Shown: positions 1 through 12,908 of the stretch, piece after piece
How the letters are laid out: each line of letters begins with the position of its first letter
How positions within the stretch are numbered: position 1 is the first letter of the stretch
Source of the DNA: Malacoraja senta
Taxonomy: Eukaryota
Reading direction: 5' to 3'
DNA: 64,000 nucleotides
Assembly: GCA_038087875.1 (NCBI GenBank)
Contig: JAXLNO010002298.1
Span: forward strand, 1-64,000
The notes under the pieces: model-generated
The model's database searches: none
Seen by the model: the letters and a program-made list of their open reading frames with translations, nothing else
What the model was told of the DNA's origin: nothing
Program-made: the position numbers and the translations under genes

Positions 1-2052
1 GGTTGAAAGGGTTGAGAGAGAGAGAGAGAGGGACGAGAGTGAGAGAGAGATGAGAGAGAAAGAGAGAGAGGGATGAGGAGAGAGGGAGTGAATGAGTGTG
101 AGAGAAAGTTGGGAGTGTTTTGAATAATTTTGAGAACATTTTGAAGGGAGAGAGGGACGAGGGAGAGAGAGCGAGAGAGAGGGATGAGGGAGAGAGGGAG
201 GGAATGAGTGAGAAAGTTTGGGAGAGTTTTGAAAAGGTTTGTGAAACTTTTGAGAACGTTTTGAAGGGAGAGAGGGAGATAGAAAGAGAGTGGGATGAGG
301 GAGAGAGGGAGGGAATGAGTGTGAGAGAAAGTTTTGGAACGTTTTGAGAAAGCTTGAGGGGAGAGAGAGACAGGGAAGAGAGGGAAGAGAGGGAAGAGAG
401 AGCGAGAGATGGAGGGAGGTAGAGAGGGAGGCAATGAATGTGAGACAGTTTGGGAGAGTTTTGAAAAGTTTTGAGAAAGTTGAGAGGGGAGAGAGAGAGA
501 GAGAGAGGGACGAGGGAGAGAGAGCGTGAGAGAGAGAGGGATGAGGGAGAGAGGGTGCGAATGAGTGTGATAGAAAGTTTGGGAGGGTTTTGAAAAGTTT
601 TGAGAGGGAAGAGAGGGAAGAGGGAAGAGAGAGAAGGAAGAGAGGGAGCGAGGGAGAGAGGGATGAGGAGAGAGAGAGGGGGATGAGGGCGAGAGGGAGG
701 GAATGTGTGTGAGAGAAAGTTTGGGAGAGTTTTGAGAACGTTTTGAGAACGTTTTGAAGGGAGAGAGGGAGGGAATGAGTGAGAGAAAGTTTGGGAGAGT
801 TTTGAGAAAGTTTTGAGAAACATTTGAGAATTTTTTTAGAACGTTTTGAAGGAAGAGAGAGNNNNNNNNNNNNNNNNNNNNNNNNNNNNNNNNNNNNNNN
901 NNNNNNNNNNNNNNNNNNNNNNNNNNNNNNNNNNNNNNNNNNNNNNNNNNNNNNNNNNNNNNNNNNNNNNNNNNNNNNNNNNNNNNNNNNNNNNNNNGTA
1001 GGTAGAGAGGGAGGGAATGAGTGTGAGAGAAAGGTTGGGAGAGTTTTGAGAACGTTTTGAGAATGTTTTGAGGGGAGAGAGGGAAGAGAGAGAGAGAGAT
1101 GGAGGGAGGTAGAGAGGGAGGCAATGAATGCGAGAGAAAGTTTGGGAGAGATTTGAGAAAGTTTTGAAAAGTTTTGAGAAACCTTTGAGAAGGTTTTGAG
1201 GGTAGAGCGAGAGAGAGAGGGGGATGAGAGAGAGAGGGAGGGAATGAGTGTGAGAGAAAGTTTGGGAGAGTTTTGAAAAGTTTTGTGAAACTTTTGAGAA
1301 AGTTTTGAAGGGAGAGAGAGAGGGATGAGGGAGAGAGGGATGGAATGAGAGAGAAAGTTTGGGAGAGTTTTGAAAAGTTTTGAGTGTGAGAGAGGAGGGA
1401 GCGAGGGAGAGCGATGGAGAGGGATGAGGGAGATAGGGAGGGAATGAGTGTGAGAGAAAGTTTGGGAGAGTTTTGAAAAGTTTTGTGAAACTTTTGAGAA
1501 CGTTTTGAAGGGAGAGAGGGAGAGAGAGAGGGATGAGGGAGAGAGGGAGGGAATGAGTCAGAGAAAGTTTGGGAGAGTTTTGAGAAAGTTTTGAGAACGT
1601 TTTGAAGGGAGAGAGTGAGGGAATGAGCGTGAGAGAAAGTTTGGGAGAGTTTTGAGAATGTTTTGAAGGGAGAGAGGAAGAGATGGAGAGAGAAGGGAGA
1701 GAGGGAGAGGGGCGAGAGAGAGAGGGATGAGGGAGAGAGATGTGGAATGAGTGTGAGAGAAAGTTTGGGAGAGTTTTGAGAATTGTTTAGATCGTTTTGA
1801 AGGGAGAGAGGAAGAGAGGGGAGAGGGAAGAGAGAGAGAGAGATCGAGAGAGAGGGAGGGAGGTAGAGAGGGAGGGAATGACCATGAGAGAAAGTTTGCG
1901 AGAGTTTTGAGAAATGTTTTAGATCGTTTTGAAGGGAGAGAAGGAAGAGAGAGAAAGATCAAGAGGGAAAGAGAGAGAGGGGGAGGTAGAGAGGGAGGGA
2001 ATGAGTGTGAGAGAAAGTTTGCGAGAGTTTTGAGAAACTTTTGAGGGGAGAG

Positions 2053-2090
<38 letters not shown>

Positions 2091-5000
2091 GGAGGTAGAC
2101 AGGGAGGGAATGAATGTGAGAGAAAGTTTGGGAGAGTTTTGAGAAACCTTTGAGGGGAGAGAGAGAGAGAGGGACGAGGGAGAGAGAGAGAGTAAGGGAT
2201 GAGGGAGTGAGGGAGGGAATGAGTGTGAGAGAAAGTTTGGGAGCGTTTTGAAAAGTTTTGAGAATCTTTTGAAGGGAGAGAGGAAGAGAGGGACGAGGGA
2301 GAGAGAGGGAAGAGAGAGAGGGATGAGGGAGAGAGGGAGGAAATGAGTGAGAGAAAGTTTGGGAGAGTTTTGAAAAGTTTTGGGAGGGGAGAGAGGGAAG
2401 AGATGGAGAGAGAGGGAGAGAGTGGATGAGGGAGAGAGAGGGAGGGAATGAGTGAGAGAAAGTTTGGGAGAGTTTTGAAAAGTTTTGTGAAACCNNNNNN
2501 NNNNNNNNNNNNNNNNNNNNNNNNNNNNNNNNNNNNNNNNNNNNNNNNNNNNNNNNNNNNNNNNNNNNNNNNNNNNNNNNNNNNNNNNNNNNNNNNNNNN
2601 NNNNNNNNNNNNNNNNNNNNNNNNNNNNGGGAATGAGTGTGAGGGAAAGTTTGGGAGAGTTTTGAGAAACTTTTGAGAAATTTTTGAGATCGTTTTGAAG
2701 GGAGAGAGGGAGAGAAGGGAGAGAGGAAAGAGAGAGCGATCGAGAGAGAGGGAGGGAGGTAGAGAGGGAGGGAATGAGTGTGAGAGAAAGTTTGGGAAAG
2801 TTTTGAGAAAGTTGTGAGGGGAGAGAGGGAAGAGAGAGCAAGAGAGAGAGAGAGATGGAGGGAGGTAGAGAGGGAGGCAATAAATGTGAGAGAAAGTTTG
2901 GGAGAGTTTTGAGAAAGTTTTGAAAACTTTTGAGGGAGAGAGAGAGGGACGAGGGAGAGAGAGCGAGAGAGAGAGAGAGGGAGAGAGGGAGGGCATGAGT
3001 GAGAAAGTTTGGGAGAGTTTTGAAAGTTTTGTGAAAGATTTGAAGCGAGAGAGAGAGAGTGGGATGAGGGAGAGAGGGAGGGAATGAGTGTGAAAGAAAG
3101 TTTGGGAGGTCTCCTGACTTATTAGATAGGATAATTAATATAAAAGCGGAATCAGCTAATTTAATATCATACCTATATAATTCCATTTTAAATATAGAAA
3201 TTCCGTCATTGGACGGGATCAGAAGAGAATGGGAACAGGAATTAGCTATCAAAATCTCGAAAGAGAGTTGGGATAAACATCTATTATATGTGCATAAATG
3301 TTCGATTAACGTAAGACATACTCTGATTCAATTTAAAATTTTACATAGATTATATTATTCAAAGCTAAATTAAGTAAATTTTACCCAAATACCTCTGCTA
3401 ACGGTGATAAATGCCTAGTCCAAGAATCAACTATAGCAAATTATTTTGTTTTTGTATAAAAAATCAAAAATCTTGGAATTAAATTTTTGAAATTTTCACT
3501 AAATTATTTAAAACAAAACTGAAACTGAATGCAGAACTGATTATTTTTGGAACAATAGAAGCAAGTTTGAATTCGTTTCAAAGGAGTTTTCTTAGTTACG
3601 GCTTAATAACGGCAACAAAATTAATACTGAAATTTTGGAAAAATGCTCCTACACCAACAATAAAAATGTGGACTTCTAATATGTCAGAATTGTTACATCT
3701 AGAAGATATGAGATTCCTCCTAGCAGGTAAACAAGACCAATTCCAAAAGATTTGGTCTCCATATATCGACTTATTACAAACATAGGGTGCAACAAAATGA
3801 TGATAATAAATGGTTTTAGGTCCTGGCGAGGGGTGAGTAAGATAAGAAGTAGGTGCATCCCTTTCATATTGTCCTATCATTTTCTTTTTCTCTCTTTTTC
3901 TTTAACTACTTCATGTGGTTTAGGTTCACATGTGTGTTCCTGGACCACTTTTTCATTCACTCACTGACTGTCTGCTAGCTGTTGCTATCCTTTATTTCTA
4001 TTAAAGTTGAAAACAGAAGTGGTACAAGAACTGTATACATTTACGTTATTACAGATTACTGTAATGTAAAATACTTCTAATAAATAAAAAAATATATTAA
4101 AAAAATAAAGTTTGGGAGAATTTTGAGAATGTTTTGAAAACTTTTGAGATAGTTTTGAAGGAAGGGAGGAGAGAGGGATAAGGGAGGGAGGAGAGAGAGA
4201 GAGGAGAGGAGAGGGATAGAGAGAGAGAGAAAGAGAGGGGAGAGAGAGAGGGATGAGGGAGAGAATGAGTGTGAGAGAAAGTTTGGGAGAGTTTTGAGAA
4301 ATGTTTGAGAACGTTTTGAGAAAGTTTTGAGGGGAGAGAGGGAAGAGAGAGCGAGAGAGAGAGAGAGATGGAGGGAGGTAGAGAGGGAGGGAATGAGTGT
4401 GAGAGAAAGTTTGGGCGAGTTTTGAGGACGTTTTGAGAAACGTTTGAGAAAGTTTTGAGGGGTGAGAGGGGAGAGATAGAGAGAGGGACGAGGGAGAGAG
4501 AGCAAGAGAGAGAGGGAGAGGGATGAGGGAGAGAGGGAGGGAATGAGTGTGAGAGAAAGTTTGGGAGAGTTTTAAAAAGTTTTGAGGGGAGAGAGGGAAG
4601 AGATGGAGAGAGAAGGAAGAGAGGGAGAGAGAGGGAGAGTGAGGGAGAGAATGAGGGAATGATGTGTGAGAGAAAGTTTGGGAGAGTTTTGAAAAGTTTT
4701 GAAGGGAGAGAGGAAGAGAGGGACGAACGAAGAGAGAGGGATGAGGGGGAGAGGGAGGGAATGAGTGAGAGAAAGTTTGGGAGAGTTTTGAAAAGTNNNN
4801 NNNNNNNNNNNNNNNNNNNNNNNNNNNNNNNNNNNNNNNNNNNNNNNNNNNNNNNNNNNNNNNNNNNNNNNNNNNNNNNNNNNNNNNNNNNNNNNNNNNN
4901 NNNNNNNNNNNNNNNNNNNNNNNNNNNNNNNNNNNNNNNNNNNNNNNNNNNNNNNTTGGGAGAGTTTTNNNNNNNNNNNNNNNNNNNNNNNNNNNNNNNN

Positions 5001-5100
5001 NNNNNNNNNNNNNNNNNNNNNNNNNNNNNNNNNNNNNNNNNNNNNNNNNNNNNNNNNNNNNNNNNNNNNNNNNNNNNNNNNNNNNNNNNNNNNNNNNNNN
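1..5100. repeat. Purine-rich tandem satellite, ~100-140 bp variable unit (GAGGGAATGAGTGTGAGAGAAAGTTTGGGAGAGTTTTGAGAA..., plus (GA)n tracts); runs off the window start, contains N gaps
   Basis: Core motif recurs dozens of times; + strand is nearly devoid of C. The S/L/P-rich minus-strand ORFs here are artefacts. Confidence 0.95.
3109..4106 (+). mobile_element. 5'-truncated L1-clade LINE (ORF2 C-terminus, 3'UTR, A-rich tail) inserted in the satellite
   Basis: Degenerate SINVRHTLIQFKILHRLYYS..FYPN and WSPYIDLL motifs; A-rich tail; 12-bp TSD AAAGTTTGGGAG at 3097-3108 and 4107-4118. Confidence 0.85.
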
Positions 5101-5125
5101 NAAGTATTCACCTCCCTCCCTCTAT

Positions 5126-5270
5126 GGTCATCACGATGGCGCAACGGTAGAGTTGCCGCCTCACGGCACCAGAGACCCCGGTTCCATCCCGACCACGGGC
5201 GCTGTCTGTACGGAGTTTGCACGTTTTCTCCCCTTGAGCTGCATGGGTTTTCTCCTTTCCTCCCACCAGG
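5126..5270 (+). mobile_element. tRNA-derived SINE head (V-SINE/HE1-like), truncated
   Basis: GGCGCAACGGTAGAGTTGCCGCCTCACGGCACCAGAGACCCCGGTTCCATCCC with A/B-box-like blocks, followed by GTTTGCACGTTTTCTCCCC. Confidence 0.7.
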
Positions 5271-5348
5271 TCCGGATTTACGTATGAGCCAGACAAGCTT
5301 AAGCTTAGGGCCTCGAGATCTAGGGGGCCCCGGCCTGCTCCACCAAGG

Positions 5349-6166
5349 CAGGGGCGGAAAACCCGGGGGGGGGGGGCAGAGGGAACACGTCCCCTCCATG
5401 TTTTGTGAGGTGGGGGACATACCCCCCAAGTTTTTGTAATCCGGATTTTAAAACTCGGTGAAACCTCCGCTTTCCGCGAGACAGTGGGGGTGGGACTGAA
5501 GATCGAGGGAGGGGGCCGATTGGACGAGAGAGACGTCGGTCAGCAGGCAATGGGGGCGGGACGTGATAATTCAGCGCAATGATTGGAGGAGGGAGGGGGT
5601 GGGACTGATGATAGAGTGCGGTGATTGGAGGAGGCAGACGTGGCATAGACCTGCGCTTCATCCGCAGGCAGGATCGATCCCGGCCGGGTCTCCGGCGCTG
5701 TCCCGTCCCCACCCGAGTACCCCCCGCCCCACCTCCGCGGGTGGCCAGAGAGGTCGGCAGCAGAGATCCTCCGCTATAGGATCTTTGGTCGGTAGTCAGA
5801 CGGGCGCGGTTCCCCCAGGCCCACAGCCAGCGCAGAGAAGCAGCGCTAAACCCAGCTCACTCTGCCTGTCTCGCCAGGTGAGCCTGTCGCCTGCCTGGGC
5901 TTGCGGGAAATAATGGCCAGCGCGGAGAAGCAGCGCTGGTATCCTGTCAGTCCAGACAGGGCTGTAGTTAACCCGGTGAGACAGGCAGAGTTGAGCTGCA
6001 TTCAGCGCTGGATTGAGCCCTCCGAAGCAAAGATACTAGAGGAGCAAGATAGACCACTCGCTCCGAAGCCTCGCGCGTGTGTGTGTGAGTGTGTGCATGC
6101 GCGCGCGGACGGCAAAAAATTGTGTCCCCCATCCCCTCCATGTTTTGATAGCGAGTTCCGCTCTTG
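5349..6166. mobile_element. CpG-rich non-autonomous DNA transposon, possibly hAT-like
   Basis: Imperfect TIRs CAGGGGCGGAA / TTCCGCTCTTG; subterminal GTCCCC..TCCCCTCCATGTTTTG at both ends; no convincing 8-bp TSD. Confidence 0.4.
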
Positions 6167-8479
6167 CACAGGAGGGCCAAATGATAGTCAAGGTTGTATT
6201 GTGTAAAGACAGGTGCAAACACTACTGAGTGTGACACTATTGAATGTATAGACACCAAAAGCGTTTGTGTTAGTTTTGTATAGAAATATGGAACTACGGA
6301 TGCTTTTACCAAGGAAAGACATAAATACTGGAGTAACTCAGTGTGTCAGGCAGCATTCCTGGAGAACAAGGATATTTTGAGTTGGGGACTTTCAGACTAG
6401 TTTGGTATATATTTTAATTCTGATATAAAGTTTATTTTTGAATATAAAAAATGTGAGGTTTGAAGAGTGCAAGGATTCTGCCTTTCCCCATATCACATTC
6501 AGGACCTGAAGCAAAATTCAGAGCAATGGTCAAGGCTGCAGGAAGAGCTGTCTTGCAATTTAACCACAATGATTTGTTTTTTTAACCACAATGATTTGCT
6601 TCCTGTTTTTTATCTGACTAAATTTCACAATGTGTAAATAAACATCAGAAGTGTGAAGGACAAAGAAAACATCAAACAATCCCAAAACCTATTGAAACAT
6701 GCAATAGAGAATCAGGGGTGGATTATTTGTCACTTTGAGTCTCTTCAATCATTCCAAACAATCTCATATTCCAATTATCTCCCGATAAATGTTCATGCAT
6801 TTTATGTGAAATAAATCTATCCCCTACTTAACAGGATTCAGTGACATGCCATCTACCATTTTCTGTGGGGTGAATTTCAATGGCTCACCATATTCACAAT
6901 GAAGAAATGTCTCAGCCCTAAATGTTTCACCCCTTATCTTGCGTCCTAAATCCCTTGTTCCAGATCCTACAGTCACTGGAAATATCTTCATGTATCGAGT
7001 CTGTCTAGCTCTGCTTTGAATTTTGTTTCATTTAGAGAGGTCATGTTTAAGTCCTCCAAACTCGAGTGACAACTGGCTCAGTCAGCTCCTCCTCTCCTTA
7101 CACATAAGTCCTGCCATTCAGGAATCAGTCTGGTCAGCCTTGGCTGCATTACATCTGTGGCTGAAAACCCCTTTCTCCGGTAAGGAGAGCACAAACACAT
7201 GTTTGGAGAGACATGGCCCAGGCGCAGCCAATTGTGATGGGGTCAGTTGGACATCTTGGTTAGCATGTGTGCGTTGGGTCGATGTGTCTATTTCCATGCT
7301 CTACAGCTCTATGACTCTCTGCTGCACCTGTGTATATTTGGCAAGTAACTCAACTGACTGACATCACCTGGAAACTCTTTGCATCCTCTTTGCTTCTCCT
7401 ACTTACTCTCATTTTAATGTCATGAACTTAGAAACATTAAATTTGTTTCCTTGTCAATACCATTGATGAACATTGAAAATAACAGACTCAAGAACTGGAT
7501 TGATTCTGGATCATTCATCACCACCTGCCACCCTAACGAAGTCTTCACTCTGTTTCCTGTCTGCTAAATAATTTTCAATTCATGCCTGTTTAATATTGCC
7601 TAGTCCACATATTAAAAAATTCAAAGACCTTCTGAAAATTCGACACATCCTCTTGTTCTCCCTGAAACAAACAAAAACAATCTGCTGGAGGGACTCAGTG
7701 GGTCAGGCAGCGTCTGTCGAGGAAAATGTGCAGATGACCCTGTGTATCGGGACTCTTCTTCAGTTGCAAATTTAGTCATCTGTCCATTTACTTCCACAGA
7801 TGATTCCTGATCCATAAATTCCCTCCAGCAGTTTGCTCTTTGCTCGTGTTTTCAGAATCTGCAAACTCTTGTCTCCACATCTTCTCCCTTATCTATTCTA
7901 CATGGTACATCACCATCATCTCCAGTAGATTTGTTAGCCATGATTTCACTTACATAAATTCAAAAAGACATTGTCTTATCGCATAAATTATTTTAAAATA
8001 TCCAAACACTGTTTTGGAACCTGGAAACACCAAACTAGGTTGGAGATTGAAATATTTTCATCCAGCAAGTAGCAAACTGGAAATTTAATATGTAGAAAAC
8101 AATAAAGAACAGTAATTTAGTAGAGAGAAACACCACAATAGACAATAGGAACAATAGAAACACCACTGTTTTATTTTTTAATCAGTGGGAAGTAGCAACA
8201 ATAATTTTAAAAATTACGCTTTTTGGTCAAGACACCAACAATGCAATAGTTAGTTACTATCCTTATAATAAATACATCCTCAGCACACATGCCCCATGTT
8301 CTGTTCTCATAGTAATTAAAAAAATTACATCAATAGAATTTCGACGGAATTACTTTTAAATGTCAAGGGTAAATAGAGAAGTTGTTTCTGAAGATAACAT
8401 CAGCGTAAAAGAGGAAGGATCTGTGTTAGGTCATGTTTACACTTCTGCTGTGAAACTCAGCAAGTGTCTCAACGGAGAC

Positions 8480-9130
8480 ATTTGCACCAGTTAAGACAGG
8501 GGGTGGGTGTTTCAAATGTAAGAGTGACAGACAGTGTGGGTTGGAGGGGGTGATATGATGAATTACGAAGAGAAAGATTCAGGAGCTGGGGGGAAATATC
8601 AAAACAGAGGTGAGCAGCAATAAAAATGAATTGTATTTCTCTGCAGAATTCACACAATATGGGGAAATGAGTTGTTAACCCTGATTAAGGAAGGAGCCTG
8701 ATTAGATTTCTTGTCATAATGAGGAACGACACTAACTCCTGAGCTGATGATGAGCTGCACTTTGTGATTCCCTCCAAAATTGTTGCTTATAAATCTATGT
8801 TTTTGGATGTGGGCCTCAGTGCTTAGGCTTCCATTTTTAACCCATGAGGATGTGACCATCCTTATTTCACCAATGAGGTGTTTAGTAAATGACGTAAATG
8901 ATAGGAGTAGGCCCCACAAATAAGGAAGGATCAGCAATGTATTTCCAAGTTATGATGGTGACTAACTGGGTCAATTTGTGTCACTCCACTAACTTGACCA
9001 AGCAAATCTGGGTATGGGTTGTGCTTGCATATTGTGGATATATTTTCTAGCACCGATGCAGTCATCAATGTAATGGGGATAGAGTTCGGGGATAGGGCCA
9101 GTGTACACCTGGAACACAATGTATCTCTCG
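8480..9130 (-). mobile_element. Degenerate Penelope-like retroelement RT fragment
   Basis: Minus strand near 9050-9115 reads FQVYTGPIPELYPHYIDDCIGA (YIDD motif in PLE context); boundaries approximate. Confidence 0.5.
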
Positions 9131-9928
9131 TGTCTATATCTCTAGGCTGTGAAGATCTTGGCGCAACTCTGTTGAGGTTGGGCTTGGAGAACACCAAATG
9201 ACATGGGGAAAAACTTGTGATTGTGAAAATGTTTGCTGGAGGTTCTACCTTGAGTGCAATTCAGAACTGATGGAGAAAATGCTCGCAATATTGGACTTAC
9301 TTTGAAAATTGTAGTAGCTTGATTATCATATGCAGCTCATTGATGACCTCATAAGTCCAACCTCCACCATGATCTGATGCAATTGAATATTGGTTTGAAC
9401 AATCGGACCAACTACAGCATGAACAAGGCAAGAATATTGACCGTTCCATTTATGACAAAACAACAGATCATGTCATTTGCCATTATCATAGACATTTCAA
9501 ACATCACAGTCATCTGCTTGAATATGTGTTACTGGAAACTATTCTAACTTCAGTTGTGAATAGCATTCAATTATGCTTGTCTTTCTCCAGGCTGGTTAGC
9601 ACTGCAAAAGCTTTTCTCTTTACCTCAGAAACGTGACACTGAACTAAACTGAATTGAACTGGAAGGGACGTGATTTATTCCCAGAGGTTGTGAAGGTCAT
9701 GCTGCAAACTGTGCGGTTTGATTTGGAGAAAACTGAAAGTTTGCAGAAGAAATTGGATGATCATGAGGATCGTGAGTGGTGGGTTTACCTTGTGTGAAAC
9801 TCAGGAGATTATTACACTGAATATTGGAATAACTGAGTAAATACAGCAATTTTTATTATCACATCTGTTCGTTTGTGTTCTCCTCAACCCAAAACTCACA
9901 TAGTTTTAAACTGCCAAACCACCCAAAT

Positions 9929-10200
9929 CACAGTGGCACAGATGTTAGAGCTGCTGCCTCACAGAGCCGGAGACCAGGGTTCAAATCTGACATCGGTTGA
10001 TCTCTGGGTGGAGATAGCATGCTCCCTGTGGCCACGAATGAGTGGGGTTGTAGGTTACTTGACCTCCATAAATTGCCTGTAGTGTGGTAGGGAGCGGACG
10101 GGAAAGTGAGATAACAGAACGAGCATGAACGGGTGATCAGTGGTCGGCGTGGACGGAGGGCTGAAGGGCATGTTTCCATGCTGTGTCTCAAAACTAAACT
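9929..10200 (+). mobile_element. tRNA-derived SINE (V-SINE-like) with CR1-type 3' end
   Basis: CACAGTGGCACAGATGTTAGAGCTGCTGCCTCACAGAGCCGGAGACCAGGGTTCAAATC head; GGGCTGAAGGGCATGTTTCCATGCTGT tail. Confidence 0.7.
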
Positions 10201-10439
10201 CTATCAGAACATCACTACAGATGCAGGAAGATTGACACCTACTCATCATTACAAAACAATAGATACTCTCATTCCCCAATGCCCTGGACATTTGTTATCC
10301 TCCAATAACCTTTAGAAAGATGAGGTTCCATGTCTCAACGCATGCAATGCATGTTTCAGCTCAGTAAATTCCCATTTTCCTTTGCCGAAATAAGGTTTTA
10401 CAAGATGGGTTTTACGCTGACACAAACGCTTTCAACAGA

Positions 10440-10589
10440 AGTGATGTCTGAACCCTGAGCAGGAGAGGAAGAGGGAGGTCCTGTAGTTTCATAAGACACA
10501 GAGTGAGACTGGGGAACTCAGTGTGTCACCGTGCTTGGAGCTTTGCTGCCCAAGTCTCTGGACTCGTTCACCAGTCTCTTTCCCACAAG
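10440..10589 (+). promoter_or_regulatory. Candidate upstream promoter / non-coding exon 1 (copy A) of the Ig receptor gene
   Basis: Ends in donor CACAAG|GTAGGC; GAGGAA (ETS/PU.1-type) motif upstream; paralogous to 12320-12462. Start is approximate. Confidence 0.35.
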
Positions 10590-10769
10590 GTAGGCGACCT
10601 TACTACAGGTTCACTTCAGGTAAAGGAGTGGTTTAAATGGGATCTAGAAACGGAACTCCGTGTTCAATAATTTCTAACGTGTGATATTCCACTCCTACAA
10701 CCATTTATTAGACTGTTACAGTCTGTTCTGCTTTAGATTTTACATAGAAACGTAATGAATAATGAAGAG

Positions 10770-10990
10770 AAACACAAAATGCTGGAGTAACTCAGCGGGA
10801 CAGGCAGCATCTCTGGAGAGAAAGAATGGATGACGTTTCGGGTCGAGACTATTCTTCAGACCCAGACTTCTTCGACCCGAAACGTCACCTATTCCTTCTC
10901 TCCAGAGATGCTGCCTGTCCCGCCAAGTTACTCCCGCCCAGTTACTTTAGTGTCTATATTCGGAATCAAGCAGCATCTGTAGTTCCTTCC
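10770..10990. mobile_element. Short fold-back element built from Penelope-like terminal repeats
   Basis: GCTGGAGTAACTCAGCGGGACAGGCAGCATCTCTGGAGAG...GACGTTTCGGGTCGA followed by its reverse complement. Confidence 0.7.
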
Positions 10991-11929
10991 AACACGAAAC
11001 TTTATCAATGTATTTTTGTCTCCATTGTTTCCACTAGAAACTTAATGAAGCTAAATTACCAGCATCTGCCATTTTACCCATTTGGGCTTTCTTCTTTGTT
11101 GCCTGGTCAATCTAATGTATCCATGCTCATGTGGATTTTATTTTTCCCATTTCTCCGCCAATCCTCTGGGACTGATTGAGGATGTTCAACGTCCTCGCCG
11201 TTCTGTTGCCCGCTCAATGAATTGACTGCTTAGTGAGGTACAAATGAGTTAAAACCATTCTACCGAGAAGCAGGAAGTAAGTGGGTCAAGAATGATAAAT
11301 GTCGGCGTACAGATGAGCCGTTTCAGTCAAGGCAAACCGACTGAATGTGGTTGTGAAATCCCAGATTACAGCAGTGACAATGTTCCAGTGGCAGATTCCA
11401 CAGAGGAATGGGCCTTCCCCGTGTAATTGTGTGTGGTTAATTCTCAAATGGTCCGGTCCCAGGGTTTTCAAAGTGGCTGTGTTCAATACAACACTTGCCA
11501 ACTAGCAATTTACTGCAGCATTTCCTTTGCAAATTATTTAGTGTCCTGTTCCGTTCAAGATCACACGACGATCAAACATTCTTAAGTATGATTTTATAGA
11601 TCATCACCAAATGGTGACATTGTTTTAGAGAAATGCAAGGTGGTTATGCGGGTTATTCTCAGAGGCTGTGAAGGTCTTTGGTGCACTCGGTGAGGTTGAA
11701 CTTGGAGAACACTGCAAGATGCAGGAACAATTTGGATGCGAATGAAAATGTTGGCTGGAGGTTCCACCTTGAGTGAAATTAAAAGCTCGGGAGAAAATTT
11801 GCATTCAATATTGTACTAAGTTTGAAAAAAAAGTATGATCCTGATTATCAAATGAACCTCCTTTGTAACCCCCTAAACCCACCGTGAACTGATACATTTG
11901 GATATAGGTTTAAACTGCAGGACCAGCTA

Positions 11930-12066
11930 TAATGGTATATGGACATATAATGGTATATGGACACACTGATCTGTTTTGTAGTCAATGCCTACTATGTTCT
12001 GTTGTGCTGAAGCAAGAATTTCATTGTCCTATCAGGGACACATGACAATAAACTCACTTGAACTTG
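11930..12066 (+). mobile_element. Rex1/Babar LINE 3' tail fragment
   Basis: AAGAATTTCATTGTCCTATCAGGGACACATGACAATAAACTCACTTGAACTTG, the same tail as the RT-bearing copy at 15.1-17.1 kb. Confidence 0.7.
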
Positions 12067-12319
12067 TGCTAAAGCTTTAACATCGCTGCAAGGCGTGAAC
12101 ATTGACCATGTTCCCTTCGTTACAAAACAGCAGATTCCCTCGTTTGCCATTATCTTAGACATTTGCCACCCACTAATAGCATTTAATATAAGGAGGTTCC
12201 AAGTCTAAACTTATTCAAAATATTTGTGATCTCAGGAAATTCCCGATTTGGTTTGTCCTAATTAGCTTTTACAAGATGATTTTAAATCTGAGGCAAACAT
12301 TATCAACACAAATGGTGTC

Positions 12320-12462
12320 TGAATCCTGAGGTGGAAAGAAAGAGGAAGGGTGTTTGCCCTTCCAAAGAAACTGTATGAGACTGTGAATCTCAGTGTGTCG
12401 CCGTGCTTGAAGCTTTGTTGCTCAGTCTCTGTACTCGTTCACCATCAGTCTCTTCTCACAAG
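12320..12462 (+). promoter_or_regulatory. Candidate proximal promoter / non-coding exon 1 (copy B)
   Basis: Ends in CACAAG|GTAGGC; GAGGAAG motif upstream; the leader exon is preceded by an acceptor (TTATTTCCAAACAG, ends 13355), implying a spliced 5'UTR exon. Confidence 0.4.
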
Positions 12463-12672
12463 GTAGGCGACCTCACTGCAGTCTCACTTCATGTCAAAGA
12501 GTGGTTTAAAAGGTATCCACAAACTGAACAATGTTGGATGTCCTGTAAACTGTGATATATCACTCATTCAATCAATTTGTTCCACTTTAGATTTGACAAG
12601 GGCATACATACTTTATTAATTTCATTTTGTCTCCTTTGTTTCTCACAGCTAAATGACCATTTTCCTACTGGT

Positions 12673-12908
12673 TTCAATAGACAATAGACAATAGATGCAG
12701 GAGTAGGCCATTCAATGTGATCATGGCTGATCGTCTCCAATCAGTACCCCGTTCCTGCCTTCTCCCCATATCCCGTGACTCCGCTATCTTTAAGATCCCT
12801 ATCTAGCTCTCTCTTGAAAGCATCCAGAGAACCGGCCTCCACCGCCCTCTGAGGCAGAGAATCCCACAGACTCAAACTCTCTGTGAGAAAAAGTGTTTCC
12901 TCGTCTCC
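12673..12908 (-). mobile_element. CR1 LINE 3' fragment
   Basis: Reverse complement of the GGGAGAAGGCAGGAACGGGGTACTGATTG...(CTATTGT)n tail seen in other CR1 copies in this window. Confidence 0.8.

Noticed and set aside
1558-3252. 564-aa and 345-aa minus-strand ORFs
   Set aside because: Translations of the stop-poor satellite strand; low-complexity S/L/P, span N gaps.
5126-5200. Possible tRNA gene
   Set aside because: No full cloverleaf; continues into SINE body sequence.
9690-9790. KKLDDHEDR, reminiscent of L1 ORF1 (KLDDLENR)
   Set aside because: Too short and degenerate to support a call without an HMM search.
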